Assembly: GCA_051294375.1 (NCBI GenBank)
Contig: CM119269.1
Span: 22,032,815 to 22,096,814 of the forward strand
DNA length: 64,000 nucleotides
Origin: Paraspadella gotoi
Lineage: Eukaryota > Animalia > Chaetognatha
Direction: 5' to 3'
The notes beneath the pieces were generated by a model. It was given only the letters and a program-made list of their open reading frames with translations. It searched no databases and had not been told where the DNA came from. Positions 49,901 to 62,800 of this stretch are shown in pieces (positions within the stretch are counted from its first letter, which is position 1; every line of letters begins with the position of its first letter). A program made the position numbers and the translations under genes.

Positions 49901-52900
49901 AACTAAACAAAATGATAATGTCAAAAGACTCATAATTCTACGTTTATATTTAGTATTTTAATTTTTAATAGTTTATTAAATTCAAATTCTCTTTTCCTTC
50001 AGGCTTAGAAACTCTCGGCGCATCAGCGTTGGGCTTCGGCGCTCCACGTCCTCCTTTCGCTCCCCCTCCTCTTCCCATCTTATCGACTTCTGCTCCTATT
50101 CCCCCTTCGATCACTTCGTCGGCGACCATCTCTCTTCCCTCCATCACGTCTTCGGTCTCGACCACATCCTCGCCTTCTAATCGAGGGGGTCCCGGAATCC
50201 TTGGCGCGGCGCCGCCGGGACTCTTGCCCAAGAGCGTCACGGGCGGCTCCGAGCGACGATCTCGTTGGAGCGCTCCCAGTCCCGAAGGTGTCGGGGTCGG
50301 GTTCTTCTTGAAAAACTCTAGTTTAAAACATTATCTTAATTTTAATCGTAATATTAACTCTAGTTTAAAACATTATCTTAATATTAATTGTACTACTAAC
50401 TGGGTCCTTCTTTCAATGAAGGTCAAGTTTGCAGCCACAGTCTGCGGAGAATTTCGTTTCCGTCCGAGTTGAGTCCAGATTCTGCCGGTGCCGGTGCTGC
50501 CGAACCCCCTCGCTTGATTCCGCTCGACTCTTTTCATTCCACCGAAGCGAATTCGAGCTTTTCGTGTTCGAAAGCCGCCGACTCCTCCGCTACTGAGAAT
50601 GCAGTCCATATTTCCCGCACCTCGATTAAAAATGTTTCAACGTCGCCGATTTCCAAATTTGACTCAACAAAAAAGATCATTTCGCGGGATAAAAGGGGCA
50701 AAGGGCATAAATCTCCCGCGTCCAAAAATCCACTTACCCTGGGGTCTAAAATGCCAATTTTTCCCTCTCAAATTGGTTTCTCTCTCATGAAGTTTAGTCG
50801 GTCTTTCTCCCAACCTACTTCCGTCTCATCCTCGGATCCCGTTTTTTCGTCTCAGCTTAACATGAATGAGACAAAATCGCAGCCTGAATCCACGAATGAC
50901 TCTCTCCTCTTTTCTTCTCCTCCCGTTCCTCCGCCGCCCGTCCCTCCTCCCGCTCTCGCCTTCAATTTTCAAATTCCATTCTTTCCAGAGGTCGTTACTG
51001 ATTCGATATCGGAAATCGCTCTACCAGTTACATCCGGGGTTCACCGTGAAAAGCCGGAAGATGATTCCCTTTGCACTTTGGTTTATTTGAATAATAATGA
51101 AGTAGAATCAAAGGAAAAAGAAACTAAAGAATCGATTGACTTGGAGTTGCCCAGGCGTCCTTCAGTTTCAGATAATTCTGCTAAAATGGAGTTAGAATTA
51201 GAGAAATTTCTTTCGGAAATAGCTGAAGAAGCCCTTACCTTGGGACCACAAAGGCGCCCTTCGGTCTCAGAGGAAAGTGAAGAAAAATTAACTGAAGAAT
51301 CCATCACTAAGGAGTCACCTACTTGCCTTTTAGATTCAGATAATTCTGTAGAATCAAAGGAAGGTGATTTAGATAATTCTGTAGAATCAAAGGAAGGTGA
51401 TTCAGATAATTCTGTAGAATCAAAGGAAGGTGATCCAGAAATAACTGAAAAATCACTTGTCATTGATTTATCTAGGCTCCCCTCGGTTTCAAATGATTCT
51501 TTAAAATTTAAGGAAAGTGATGAAGCAACAGAAGAATCCATTGCAAAGGAATCCTCGACTCGCCGTTCAATTTCGGATGAATCAATAGAATCAAAAATAG
51601 CTGAAGAATCTATTGAGTCAAAATTTTGCGGTTCAGTTTCAGATGAATCCATTAAATCAATTGAAAAAACTGATTTTGTTTCCATTGGATTACCAAGGGA
51701 CCCTTTCGTTTTAGATGATTCTTTAGAATCAAATGATCATGATGCAGTATTTGCTAAGAAGTCACAAACTCTCCACTTAGTGCCTGATAAATCTAAAGAA
51801 TCAACAGATAGTAAAAAAGCCTTTGCAAGAAATTCACCTTGTTGCTATTCGGTTTCAGATGATTTTGTAAAATCTGAATCAAAAACTAAAAGTGATGAAG
51901 TAATAACTGATGAATCTATTGATATTGGGTTACCAAGGGGCCCTTCTGTTTTGGATAGTACTATTGAATTTGAGTTTAAATCAACGGAAAATGTACTGGA
52001 AATAAGAGAAGAATCCGTTGCTGTGAAGTCGCCTCGGCGCCCTTCACTTTTAGTAACTAAAGAATCTGGTGTCACGGATTTATCAAGGCGCCCTTCAGTC
52101 TCGGAACATTCTATAGAAGCGATGTCGGAGGAAGAAACTCCCTGTGGTTCATTCTCATTGTCCCAGTTTTTAGAATCATATAAATCCCAACAACAGAGTT
52201 TAGAATCTCTTGTTGAAGCGACGCCTCTCCCCAAGAATGAATCTTTGGCGACTTTCAAAGACCTCAATTCCAGATCAGATATCTCGAATGCCAAGTCCGT
52301 CTCGGTTTCCGGATTTTTGGCCAACTCCACTGAAAAATTGCTCGATCCTGATTATTATGAGATTTCTTCGGAAGCGGAACTAGACGCCGCTTCTACTGAT
52401 TATGAGTCGACAGGTCTGAAAGAATTAACTTGCTTGTTCGATTATGTGATATTATATTGAAAATAATGTTCTCAATGTACTCGGTGTTCATCTCTAATTC
52501 TATCAAGCCATTTAATGGCTAGAGCAATTTTCATACATGCACTTGGCACAATGCCAAAATCAAATCGTTTAACACTGTCATTTTTTTTTAAATCTTGCTA
52601 TGAAAAGCTGATGATTTGAATCAGCAACCTTGTGTGGTTATCTCTAGCTTTAGGGACTACGGACTCTGTCTCTGACTAGCCTTCTTTCGCCACGTGCTTA
52701 TTTTATTTAATATGTACTTGTACAAGGGTGGGATTGCCTGTAAAACTAAGGGTGCAGGTCACTCGCCGATCTTTAGTCCAGTCGGAATAAACGATAAATA
52801 ATAGAAACACTGATACTGACAACGATTGATCTTATTTTAAATTTTCCCTCAGGAAAAGAATCGAAGACGGACTCGTCCCCGACACGCGCTCTCGAACAAA

Positions 52901-55900
52901 TCGAGAAAGAGGACGCGTCTTTCCACGAAGCGACGAAGCATCGTCCTCACCCATCGATCCCACCTCCGCCTTTCTCTTCTCGCAATCAACTTCCGCTCGT
53001 CCATCAACTCGGTCAAGATTTCAGGCATCGCACTCCGCTCGGCGTTTTGCCCCGCGTCCCGCCGGGTCCGCTCGATCATTCGCCTCGAGTCCCTCGTCCT
53101 TTCGACTTGGATTTCGTTTCCCGCGATCGAGACGCGCGGGACTTGGACGCGGCCCCGCAGTCGCTCGTCGGAGCCGCTGGGATTATACCAGGGCCGAGAC
53201 CCTCAACTCTGGCTAACTTTAACAAGCCCGGTTCGGGACCACCGTCTAATCTTAACGGCGCTAATCTCCCCATCCCTCACTCATCCAATCTTCCTCCCGG
53301 CCCTCGCCCCTCCAATCTCTCCAACCCTCCTCGGCCCGGTCTGAATATTCGCCCGGCATCGATGTCAGATCTCGGCAAGATGCCTCCTCGGCTGCCGGGA
53401 TCCCGTCCGCCTCTGCCTCCGTGTCCTCGTCCGGCGTCCGACGCGTTCTCCGCCGGCGCCGACTCGTTTCGTCCGGCACAACGTGGCGCCGAGGCGGCCG
53501 GGCCGTCGATGGGCGGACCGCGCCCCAGACTTTTGAGTGCGCAGTCGGCGCCGTCGCTGCCCAAGCCGGATACATTGGGCGGGTTCCCGTTGAGGGGAAT
53601 TCCTCCTCGTGGTCCCCCGCCAGGAATGAGGTTGCCTTTTGTCGGTCTACCCGAAACCGCGGGTCCCCGGATGTTCGGCGCAGCGACGGGTAAGTTTTTG
53701 AGAAGCCGTATAAGCCCTCTAAAGCAGTATCATTGAAGGATTTTTGTAATTGTAAACCATTTAAATAGTTATTTTAAAAACCAAGATGAATATTGTATTA
53801 TTATTTTTATAGCTCTTAAGATAAACATTGCATTGGAAGATATCTAGTTTCCTTGAGCTGCAAAAAAATATTCTGATTTGACGGAAAAGACTCGACTAAA
53901 ACTTTCCCTTAAGGTTCGTTGGGTGCCCCAATGTTCGGACCAGGCGGTCAAATCTTAGGTCCGCCCACGGGTCCCCCGCCTGGGATGGGCGCCGCCTCCG
54001 CGATCGATGCCGACGGGCCTTCTCTTCTTGGCGGCCCCAACGCCAGACCCAAAAATCTTCTTGATGCTTTGCCAGGTTAGTGTTGAGAAGATAAGTTTGA
54101 ACTGTACAGTTTTAATCTGCTATTTCTTTCCCTCACAGGCTTGTTTGGCAAGGAGCCTTTTCCCTCGGATCGAAAGGATGAAGATAGAGATCGTGATAAC
54201 GAATCACATCCCAACAACATTCGTGAGCAGAATCGTGACCCCATGCGTGATCCAATGTGTGAACCGTTGCGTGATCCGATGAGAGATCACGCTCGAGACA
54301 TTCGTGACCCTTTGCGCGAGCCTTTACGTGACCCTTTACGCGATCCTTTACGCGATCCCTCTCGCGACGCCCTGAGAGATCCGAAGCGTGACCCTCTCCG
54401 TGATCCAATCAGAGATCCCATGAGAGATCCTCTCCGTGATCCAATCAGAGATCCCATGAGAGATCCTCTCCGTGATTCAATCAGAGATCCCATGAGAGAT
54501 CCTCTCCGTGATCCAATCAGAGATCCCATGAGAGACCCTCTCCGTGATCCAATCAGAGATCCTATTCGCGACAGATCTTACGAACGGCCTTACGATCGGA
54601 ACGACGATCGCCGATCCGTCGAGAAGGCCGTCGATCGCGGCGACCGCAGCCGAGATCGGGGATACGACCGTCGCGGCGGCGGGGGCGGCGGGGGCGGCGG
54701 GGGCGGCGGAGAACGACGCCGCTCCCGCGACAGGGACGAGGATCGAAGCCGCGGAGGAAGGGACGACGACTTCAACGCTAGAGACGAGTTTGGCAGAGAC
54801 ATCTTCGGACGCGACGTGGAGAGAAAAATGGACAACAAAGAGAGGGACTATAGAGACAGAGACAAAAACAGAGAGAGAAACGAGAGAGAGCGAGAGGGGG
54901 AGAGAAGCAGAGAGAGAGACCGGGACCGTCGATTCGGCGGGGGACGTGACAGACGAGATAGAGAGCGAGACGGTAAGGAGAAAAGTCTAGAAGAAAGAAG
55001 AGAAAACGGACGCGACGGACTTGAGGCGCCATCTAGTTGGGGCGCCCTCGCCGCCGCCAACGACGCCAACAAAGGACCCAACAAATGGATGGCGATGGCG
55101 CAGGCGGGCGGGATCGAACTCAACCGGACGTCCGGCGCCGAGAGATCATCCGGAGCCGAGAGGCCGATGCTGTCGACTCCGATCACGTTGAAGGCGAAGA
55201 TTCCTTCGTTGATGTCGGAATCGCTCTTCGGAGATTTGCCGCCGACGCCGAGTGACAAGGCCAAGCGTTCGGGTAAGGAGTTAGGATTCTTTCTTTATAA
55301 TTATATGGAGAACTTGTCTTGCGAACTAAGTAAAAGTGTCGTGGGTCAGTCTTTTAAAAAATAAGTAAGTTATTGTATCTTAAAACCGTTACCGAAGTAT
55401 CATTTTAGTATTGTTGAATTATGTAATCCAATAAATGACATTATTTTCTTTACTTCTTATATACCTGATTGTATTAGGTCGATGAAAAACAAAGTCCTTT
55501 TTATTTTCGCAAGATAAGTTGTCCCCATTTGCTCGTTTAACTGTTTCGCATGATGATTATAGGTGCTCATGAATCCGCCTTCTTTCCCCCCTCGATCTTT
55601 CCCACTCTCTCATTTCGGCTCCAGAGTTCATTTCATCGTCAGTGAATCTTGATGGAAGAGTGGACAGTGCCACGCTTCCGTTGTAAGGCGCTGACCAAAG
55701 CGATCCCCCCGGATGTTTGCCTGATATAACGATGAGTAAACATCCGGGACCGATGTTTGAGAAAACGGGAGTTTTAAACGAACCCTTTTTTTACTCCGGT
55801 TTTCTTTTTTTTTCGGTACAATTTCTTTTTGCCCGTGTGAGGGATGGCCGATACGGGTGGGGAAATTAGGCGTCTTTAAGAATAATATGATTACCTCTTT

Positions 55901-57429
55901 AGTAATCTGACGAAATTTCTCGGTGAGCAACAGTTTAAAACTGTATTTGGCGGCAAATAATGTTCTTTAACTCCTTCCGCCCCAACTCCCCCCCCCCACC
56001 CATTTTCCATCTTTAATCTCTTTGGTCCAGACGGAGCGGGGGCGACACCGTCCGGCTTGGGCCTCTCTGCACTCTTGTCTTCGCTTCGGGGAAACGAATC
56101 TACGGACAACAATCAAGAAGAAGCTTCAGGCGAAGGTTCTACATTTTAGGACTAGCAACGATATTGTTTCATAAACTTTTAATGAAATTGGTATTACGAT
56201 GTACAGTACTACGTATATTACGAGTATTCATTCATTCAATTAACCAGCAATCTTTCCCCTGACGTGGGACTGATTGTTGTGTAAGGACTCAGACTCTCTT
56301 ACAAGATAATAACATTTTAATGGAGACTCTTGTGAGCTCCTTATGAAATGGAAAACAGGACCCTTAAATATTAGATCAGTGGATAATTGTACTGCGCAGT
56401 GCGCACTCTCATCAGAATAGAAGGAGCTGACTATTAGTATTACGAAATTGCTACTATTAAAATTGCAAAATTACTTGTTTCACAAAATTTTGCTTTAAAA
56501 TTGACAATTTTCTCTTCTCAGACATGTACGATCCAACGGAACCAACCGATTCAATGGAAACTGAGGAGATCGAAGATGGAAAGACGAGCGACGTCGCGGC
56601 GCCGATGTCCTCGTCGAACGAGTCCACCATCGCTGCATCAAACTCTCTCGCGACTTCATCGACGCCGACTGACAATAAGACGACGACTTCGTCGACGCAT
56701 TCGGCGATCCCCGTCGCCGAGACCTCCTCTCCCGACGCCGTCAGCGTCCCTTGCCCCGTCGCCATCTCCGCCCCGACTCGGCTCGACGAAGGAGTTGAGA
56801 CATCCTCGGTGACTCCGACTCCTTTGATGTCTCTCCCCATCAAGTCCACGTCCTCCGTCGCCGCCGACATCTACGATCCCACGGAGCCGACGGCCGAGAA
56901 CACCCCGCCGATCTCGCCCAGTCGAAAGGAGTATTTCAAATCGACGCCGCTTTCGGAAACGACGCCGACGACGCCGATCCTACCGACGCCGCAGTCTCTG
57001 CCCGTCAAGGAAACTCCCGTTGATTCCGTCTTCGCGTCGACGGACGACGATTCTCTCGTCGTCGTCGTCGCGACTCCTTCTATCGGCTCCGGATTGGCGT
57101 CTCCATCCGGTGGCGTCTTCCCCATCACGGAACCCGTCTTCGGCGACATCAACTCCTCCAACTTGTCCACCCCGACGCAGCAGAGCGGCGCCGAGCTTCC
57201 GCCGTCGTCGACGGAGATTTCGACGCCGCCTCATACGGAGGCAGCGTTCTCGCCCGGCGGTGTTGTCGGCGGCGTGGTGGTGGGGGAATCCTCGGAGGAA
57301 CGGCTCGTCAACTACTCGACGACGGAATCCGGGGAGAGTCAGACGGACGCGGAAGAGGGGAAGACGATCTCTGGAGAGAGTGGAGAAGTCGAGACGAACT
57401 TGGATGAAGAGAAGATCGAAGACGATTGA
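43959..57429 (+). CDS. SCAF8: SR-related CTD-associated factor 4/8 orthologue (CID + RS + RRM + low-complexity tail), multi-exon
   Basis: CID: MDAVKNFNHE|LSSIYDGKPPVSKAKMTSVTKAALKAIKFYKHVVQSVEKFIQKCRP|EYKVPGLYVVDSIVRQSRHQFGQEKDVFGPRF. KLLDFDYGDEEE, an RS-rich segment, and RRM VCTLTIWIGKV..NMIPPRGCAYI..VAWAPGKGV..YWDVDRGCTYLPW. The 3' exons are inferred from phase-compatible splice sites. SCAF4 versus SCAF8 cannot be resolved; probably a single co-orthologue. Confidence 0.9.
47545..47616 (-). pseudogene. tRNA-Gly(CCC)-like sequence (pseudo-tRNA or SINE head) in a SCAF4/8 intron
   Basis: Reverse complement GCGGCCA TTGGTGCCGGAGGCAAGTCA TTCGC CTCCCAA GCCAA AGGT CCGGG GTTCTAG CCCGG TGGTCGC. Full 7-bp acceptor stem, CCC anticodon loop and a T-stem. 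The D-arm, anticodon stem and T-loop are imperfect. Confidence 0.6.
54235..54572 (+). repeat. Coding repeat (RDP[MLI])n in SCAF4/8
   Basis: More than 20 RDPx tetrapeptides, with a 36-nt higher-order unit GATCCAATCAGAGATCCCATGAGAGATCCTCTCCGT. Confidence 0.9.
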
Positions 57430-57602
57430 AGGAAGAAAGAAAGAAAAACAAAACGGAGAACAAAGAAATTGAATTCGTCAATTTGAAACCTTTTTTCTTC
57501 TCACTTTTTCCCCGTTATTTAAAAAAACAAAAGTGAATTATTTGTTTGTTAGAATACAGTTGTTCGTTTTACTACGTTTTACAAGTAGTACCCTAGCTCA
57601 CG

Positions 57603-57658
<56 letters not shown>

Positions 57659-59888
57659 AGATGACATCATCCTTTTTGGGTTTTTTGTTTTCTTTCTTTT
57701 AAATGTCCTCGAGTTAAAATTTTATTTAGATGAAAAAGCTGTTGTAAGCTTTTATCTAGTCCATTGACTTTTTTTGCCAATTTTGAAAACCAAAAGTATA
57801 ATAAATCGCTTGAAAATCGTTTTGATCATTTTATTTTTGCCTTTTGATTAAAAAATATGTTATTTGGCCCCGAGAGCCGTTAAACATGAAAAAAAAAATT
57901 TAAATTGACCATTTTTTTTAAAAAAAAGTTTTGATGTTTGATAAAAAAATTTTAATGTTTACGCTGCCTTTTTCGAAATTTTTAAGCTTAAACTTTTAAG
58001 ATTAAACTTAAGTTTTTAAACTTAAACCTATTTTCAAAGACTAGTGAGAGTGTACAGAGCTGGGTGTATGGTTTTTGGTCTTTGGCTCAGGAAGTCGAGA
58101 AAATTCAGAAACTAGTAAATTCTCGAGTTGAGCAATGTTCGTGTCGGAAATGTCTGTCGGTCGGTCTGTCTGTCTTCGAAAATGTCCCTGCCCATGTCGG
58201 GGGGGGGGAACCTAATTTTCTAGCGGGTTGTCTTTAAATTTAAGAACTAAAGCTCAGAAGGCGCGTAGCTTGACCTTAATGAAAATTAAAGTGGACTTTT
58301 ACAAGTCGACACTGTCGAAGGGACCCTTGCTCGACACTCGCCTCATAAAATAAAACAGCAAGCAGGTAAGTTAAGGTAAGTCAGTTGAAAATAATCTATT
58401 TTCAAATAGTTTAGATAAGAATATAATATTATCTAAATGTTTAGTAAAAATTGAAAGTATTTTCAATTAAAGTTAAACAACTTTGTAAATTATATTTTTG
58501 GTTTCAGCTTTTGAAGATCGTGTAAAGTTTCCCCCTCTCTCTCTGTATCGTTTTCATAGCAACGATACCCGTTTCATATTTTATCCACGTTATTTTGTTT
58601 TATATCGAAATTGATTCATTTTTGCTATGCAATTTATTGTATATAAATTAGTAAAAACTTAATGATTTTGGTGGTATTTATTGATGTCCCCGACTTCTAT
58701 GTATAGATTTATTTCAACGAAAGATCAAAATATTTCCCTTTTTTGGCTAAGAAATGATTTTTAAAAAATTAAACTTTTGGGTCTTAAATGAATTCAACGA
58801 GAAATCTTATCAAAGCTTCTTTAAAATAGCTAACATTTACTGAGTCATTCCATTTTAAACACCGTTATATGTTATTATTTTTCATACTATAACGGTTATA
58901 AAAGAGTTTTTAGGAAAAAGATTGCCACCCCTGAGATGATACGTTTATGTCAATGCACTTACCCACGCTTTCTTCATACAGTGGGATACAAAGTAATTTA
59001 CCTTTTTTTTCCAGATTAGTCGGCTCTTTCTTGTATTTGCCTTCCGTCTTCAGTACAACTTGTTTCGATTAAATTTTAGTGTAAATTTATCAACAGATTA
59101 TTAGATTTGATTTCTTTTAGAAAAAAAACACTGATAGCTTTTTGCTTAGGTATTATTATAAACGTATTTTGGTTTGGAATAAAATTATTATCTTTTTGTT
59201 TTGTGCTTCGCTTTATGTATAGGGAACGAATAGAATTTGCTGAACTTTGAATGTATAAATAGAAAACCGGTTTGGCAAAATTGATGTATAGAACTAAAAG
59301 TTGATCATTATAAAAATTTCGTCTGAAAATGTTGGTTTTAATTTCGAGACTTGCAGTTGCAGTAAGCCAGATTCAATGTTTGTTTAGTTATCGTTAACTG
59401 TTATGTAACTTGGATCTTTTCGTTTACATTGATCGAAAAAAATATTGAACAAACTATTGCAAGTAAATAGCGATAGAAAAAATATATTATTTTCCACGCC
59501 CTAAGTTTAAAAAAAGCGTTTGAACTCTTTTTCTTTTTTGTTTTAAGTTCGCCTTTTAACAGACGATATTGACCAAAATTTAACAATCTGTCTAAAATAA
59601 AGTAAATTTCCAAACGAAATTGTATAAAATTTATTTCAAGGTAATTACAATTCTTGACGAGTAGGATTTTCCCAAAGGCAAGGTCGTTTCATGCTCTCCC
59701 CCTTGAGTAGGATTCTCCCAAAGATGAGGTCATTTTAAGCTCCCCCTTTCTCCAATTTCTCGGACAATTGATGGGTTTCCTTGTGGTCTTGACATTCCTC
59801 TTCGGCCTTGGCCGTCCGCCAATCCAGAATGTCGCGGGCTTTCTTCAGTCCTGCCATTGGACATTGTATGTTTATTATAATTGAGTCG

Positions 59889-62800
59889 TCAAAATAAATT
59901 AATCTCGGTTTCTTTGTGAAATGTGTTACCCTTATCCTCGAGCATCTCCATCGAGTACGATTCGGATCCCGGAACGAACATGGTGATAGCGTAATGGTTC
60001 ATGGGCATCTCGAACCTGATGATATACATGTTCTTTGAAATAAACGAAATAATGAAGTGAATAATTGTCAACCTTTTGTTACGCGTTTTGGTCACGTTAT
60101 TACTCGGTCCATATTTAATTATGCTATTATATTAGGGGAAAGCGAGAAAGTTAGTAAGTAATGCATTAATTAGGTAAAATTTTATAATTATCGATTAGGA
60201 TTTTTTTTATCATTTTTTATAAAATTTTATAACTTAAATTTAAATTTAAACACTTAACTTGTGGTTTAGAGTTAAACCCTAAACCCACCCTAACCCGAGT
60301 CGGTGAATGTAAAATAATGTTAATTATAATCCGTCCAAATGTAGTTATACTAATCGGGGAAAGCGGGATTGTTAATTATAAATTAATTTTTGTTCATGAC
60401 GATATTTTCACCATATTTACTAGTACGAATCGGAGATAAGCGTGTATGTTAACTAAAAATAAACAAATATTATAATAAAATCATTCTTACCTATGCGAAT
60501 CAAGATAGGTGTGACATGCTATTTCATATTCTTTGCCAAAGGGAGTTTTTAAAAGTTGCTCCTCGACGACCGCAAGATCGCGACCTAACGAATACATTGA
60601 TCCTTTCATTCATCGTTTCATTGAATGGTTTCTTTTTTATCGTCTAGTCCAATCCAACGATAAATCATGGTAATTTTTCTGACTCTCAATTTGTGATTAT
60701 AACAAATCATAACAGACTTCTTAATAAATCTATGAAAAAAATGTCTAAATCAATTGATCTATCAATCATTACCAGTAGCTGTGACAATGCCAACTTGCAT
60801 AATTTGGTCAACTTTCATAATTTAATCAACTTGCATAATTAAATCAAATGGCATAATTTGGTCAACAGGCATAAATTGGTCAATTGGTATAATATGGTCA
60901 AGTGATGTATTTTGGTCAACTGGCATAATTTGGTTAACCGGTATAATTTGGTAAATCAATCAATCAAAGAGAGAAACTTTTAAAAATTGACATAAATGTG
61001 TCTTTTGGTTTTCTGTTTTAAACTCTTTTCCACTCCTACGATTCCATCAAAAACTTATATTCAGCTTCATCTCATCGTTTCCTCCCAACACACAAAATTT
61101 CATTTCAATTTATCTATCCAATTTTTAATCAATATAATAATTATGAGTAAATATTTAAAATGCTTCAAGTAAATATGACTTTTGTTTTTTCCATTTAAAC
61201 TCAATTCAACTCGCACGATCATTAATAAATAAATTAATTAATTTGATCCGAAATGTTTGTTTTTAGGTCTTTTCGTCACTAACCACGACAAAAGCAACGA
61301 CGACGATGATGGCGACGACGACGACAATAATGCCGATAACAATTGATTGATTGATTGATTGATTAAATAATTAATTGATAAATAAATTGATTGATTGAAT
61401 AATTAATTAATAGATAAATAATTAATTGATTAATTAACTGATTAATTATTTGATTAATTAATACATCTTGCATTTACATTTAATATAAAAAGAAAAAGAA
61501 GCATAATCAATTAGTGAAACAGTTTTTTTTTTTTTTTCCATTTAAACTCATTTCCACTCAGACGATTCCATCGAAACTTTATTTCCACACACTTTTCCTA
61601 CCCACATACAAAATTTCAAGTTAATTGTCCCATACACTCATGAGTAATTGGCGTTCAAATAGTGAAATATATATATTTTTTTTCATTTAATCTCTTTTCC
61701 ACTCGCACGATTCCATCGAAACTTCATATCTAGCTCAATCACACGCTTCCCTACCCACACACAAAATTGTATTCAAATCCATCCATCCAATCACGAGTAA
61801 TTTTTTTCTAAGGTGGGACATAATTTATCATAATTCGATATTCTAACATGATATATGTGGTTGCCCGACAATATTGAGGGGGCGGACCGACGGACCGACA
61901 AAGTGAATTATAGATCCGACTAAAAACTAACCCGTTTGACGATGTTGAATGATGAGCCTCGTGTTGGCGGGAACCGGAAATCCTTCCATCTCCATTCTCA
62001 TTTGCGGATTCAAGTAGAGACATTTCCATTCGCAATTTTGAGATGGTCGGTCAGTCAAATCGATCTTTTCGCAGAGAAAAAAAGATTAAATTAATATTTT
62101 TGGCCAAAGTTATTGTAAGTAAAATTTCAATTTCGTCGACAAAGATTCATTGATGTTATTTTCCGACAGCGCTCAATTTCTGTTCCTTAACCCCAATATT
62201 CAGCAATAATCTTATTCCAGAGATCACAAAATGCTGGTAGTAAGGGCCCCATTGACCGAACAGACCTCACCCTGGTATCATTACATGGTCATCCGGATTT
62301 TGCAATAATAAAGTTTAAAGGATTAATATAATGCACGTATTAAAATTTATGGGTAACTTTACTATTCGACGTCCGGTCGGTGGTTTGTTAATCCATTGAA
62401 TTTTATTTTCCCTCTAACTTCGTCTCAGTTTGTGCAGTAATATATATTTTCAATAGATATTTCTGCATATTATGTATTATTTGTTCGAATAATTGTTTTA
62501 AATTTATTTTAATTGTTATTTTTATATTTTGGCGATCCTGGATTTGAATACGCTCCAGAGGTCTATGGGAAAACGAAGAGAAAGAAGATAAAAAAATAAA
62601 GTTTGTTTCTTTATGGAAAAAAAAAAAATTAAAACCATAATAACAATCATACAATGATATTAAAAACGCTGATAAGCAACACGGGCGAAAGATTTCTAGG
62701 CGATTCTTTTTAATTTGTTAAAAAATTATTTTTAAATATTATTAGATATTATATTAAATCTTTCTTTTTGTTGTATTTTTTATTTAAGGAAAAATAACAG

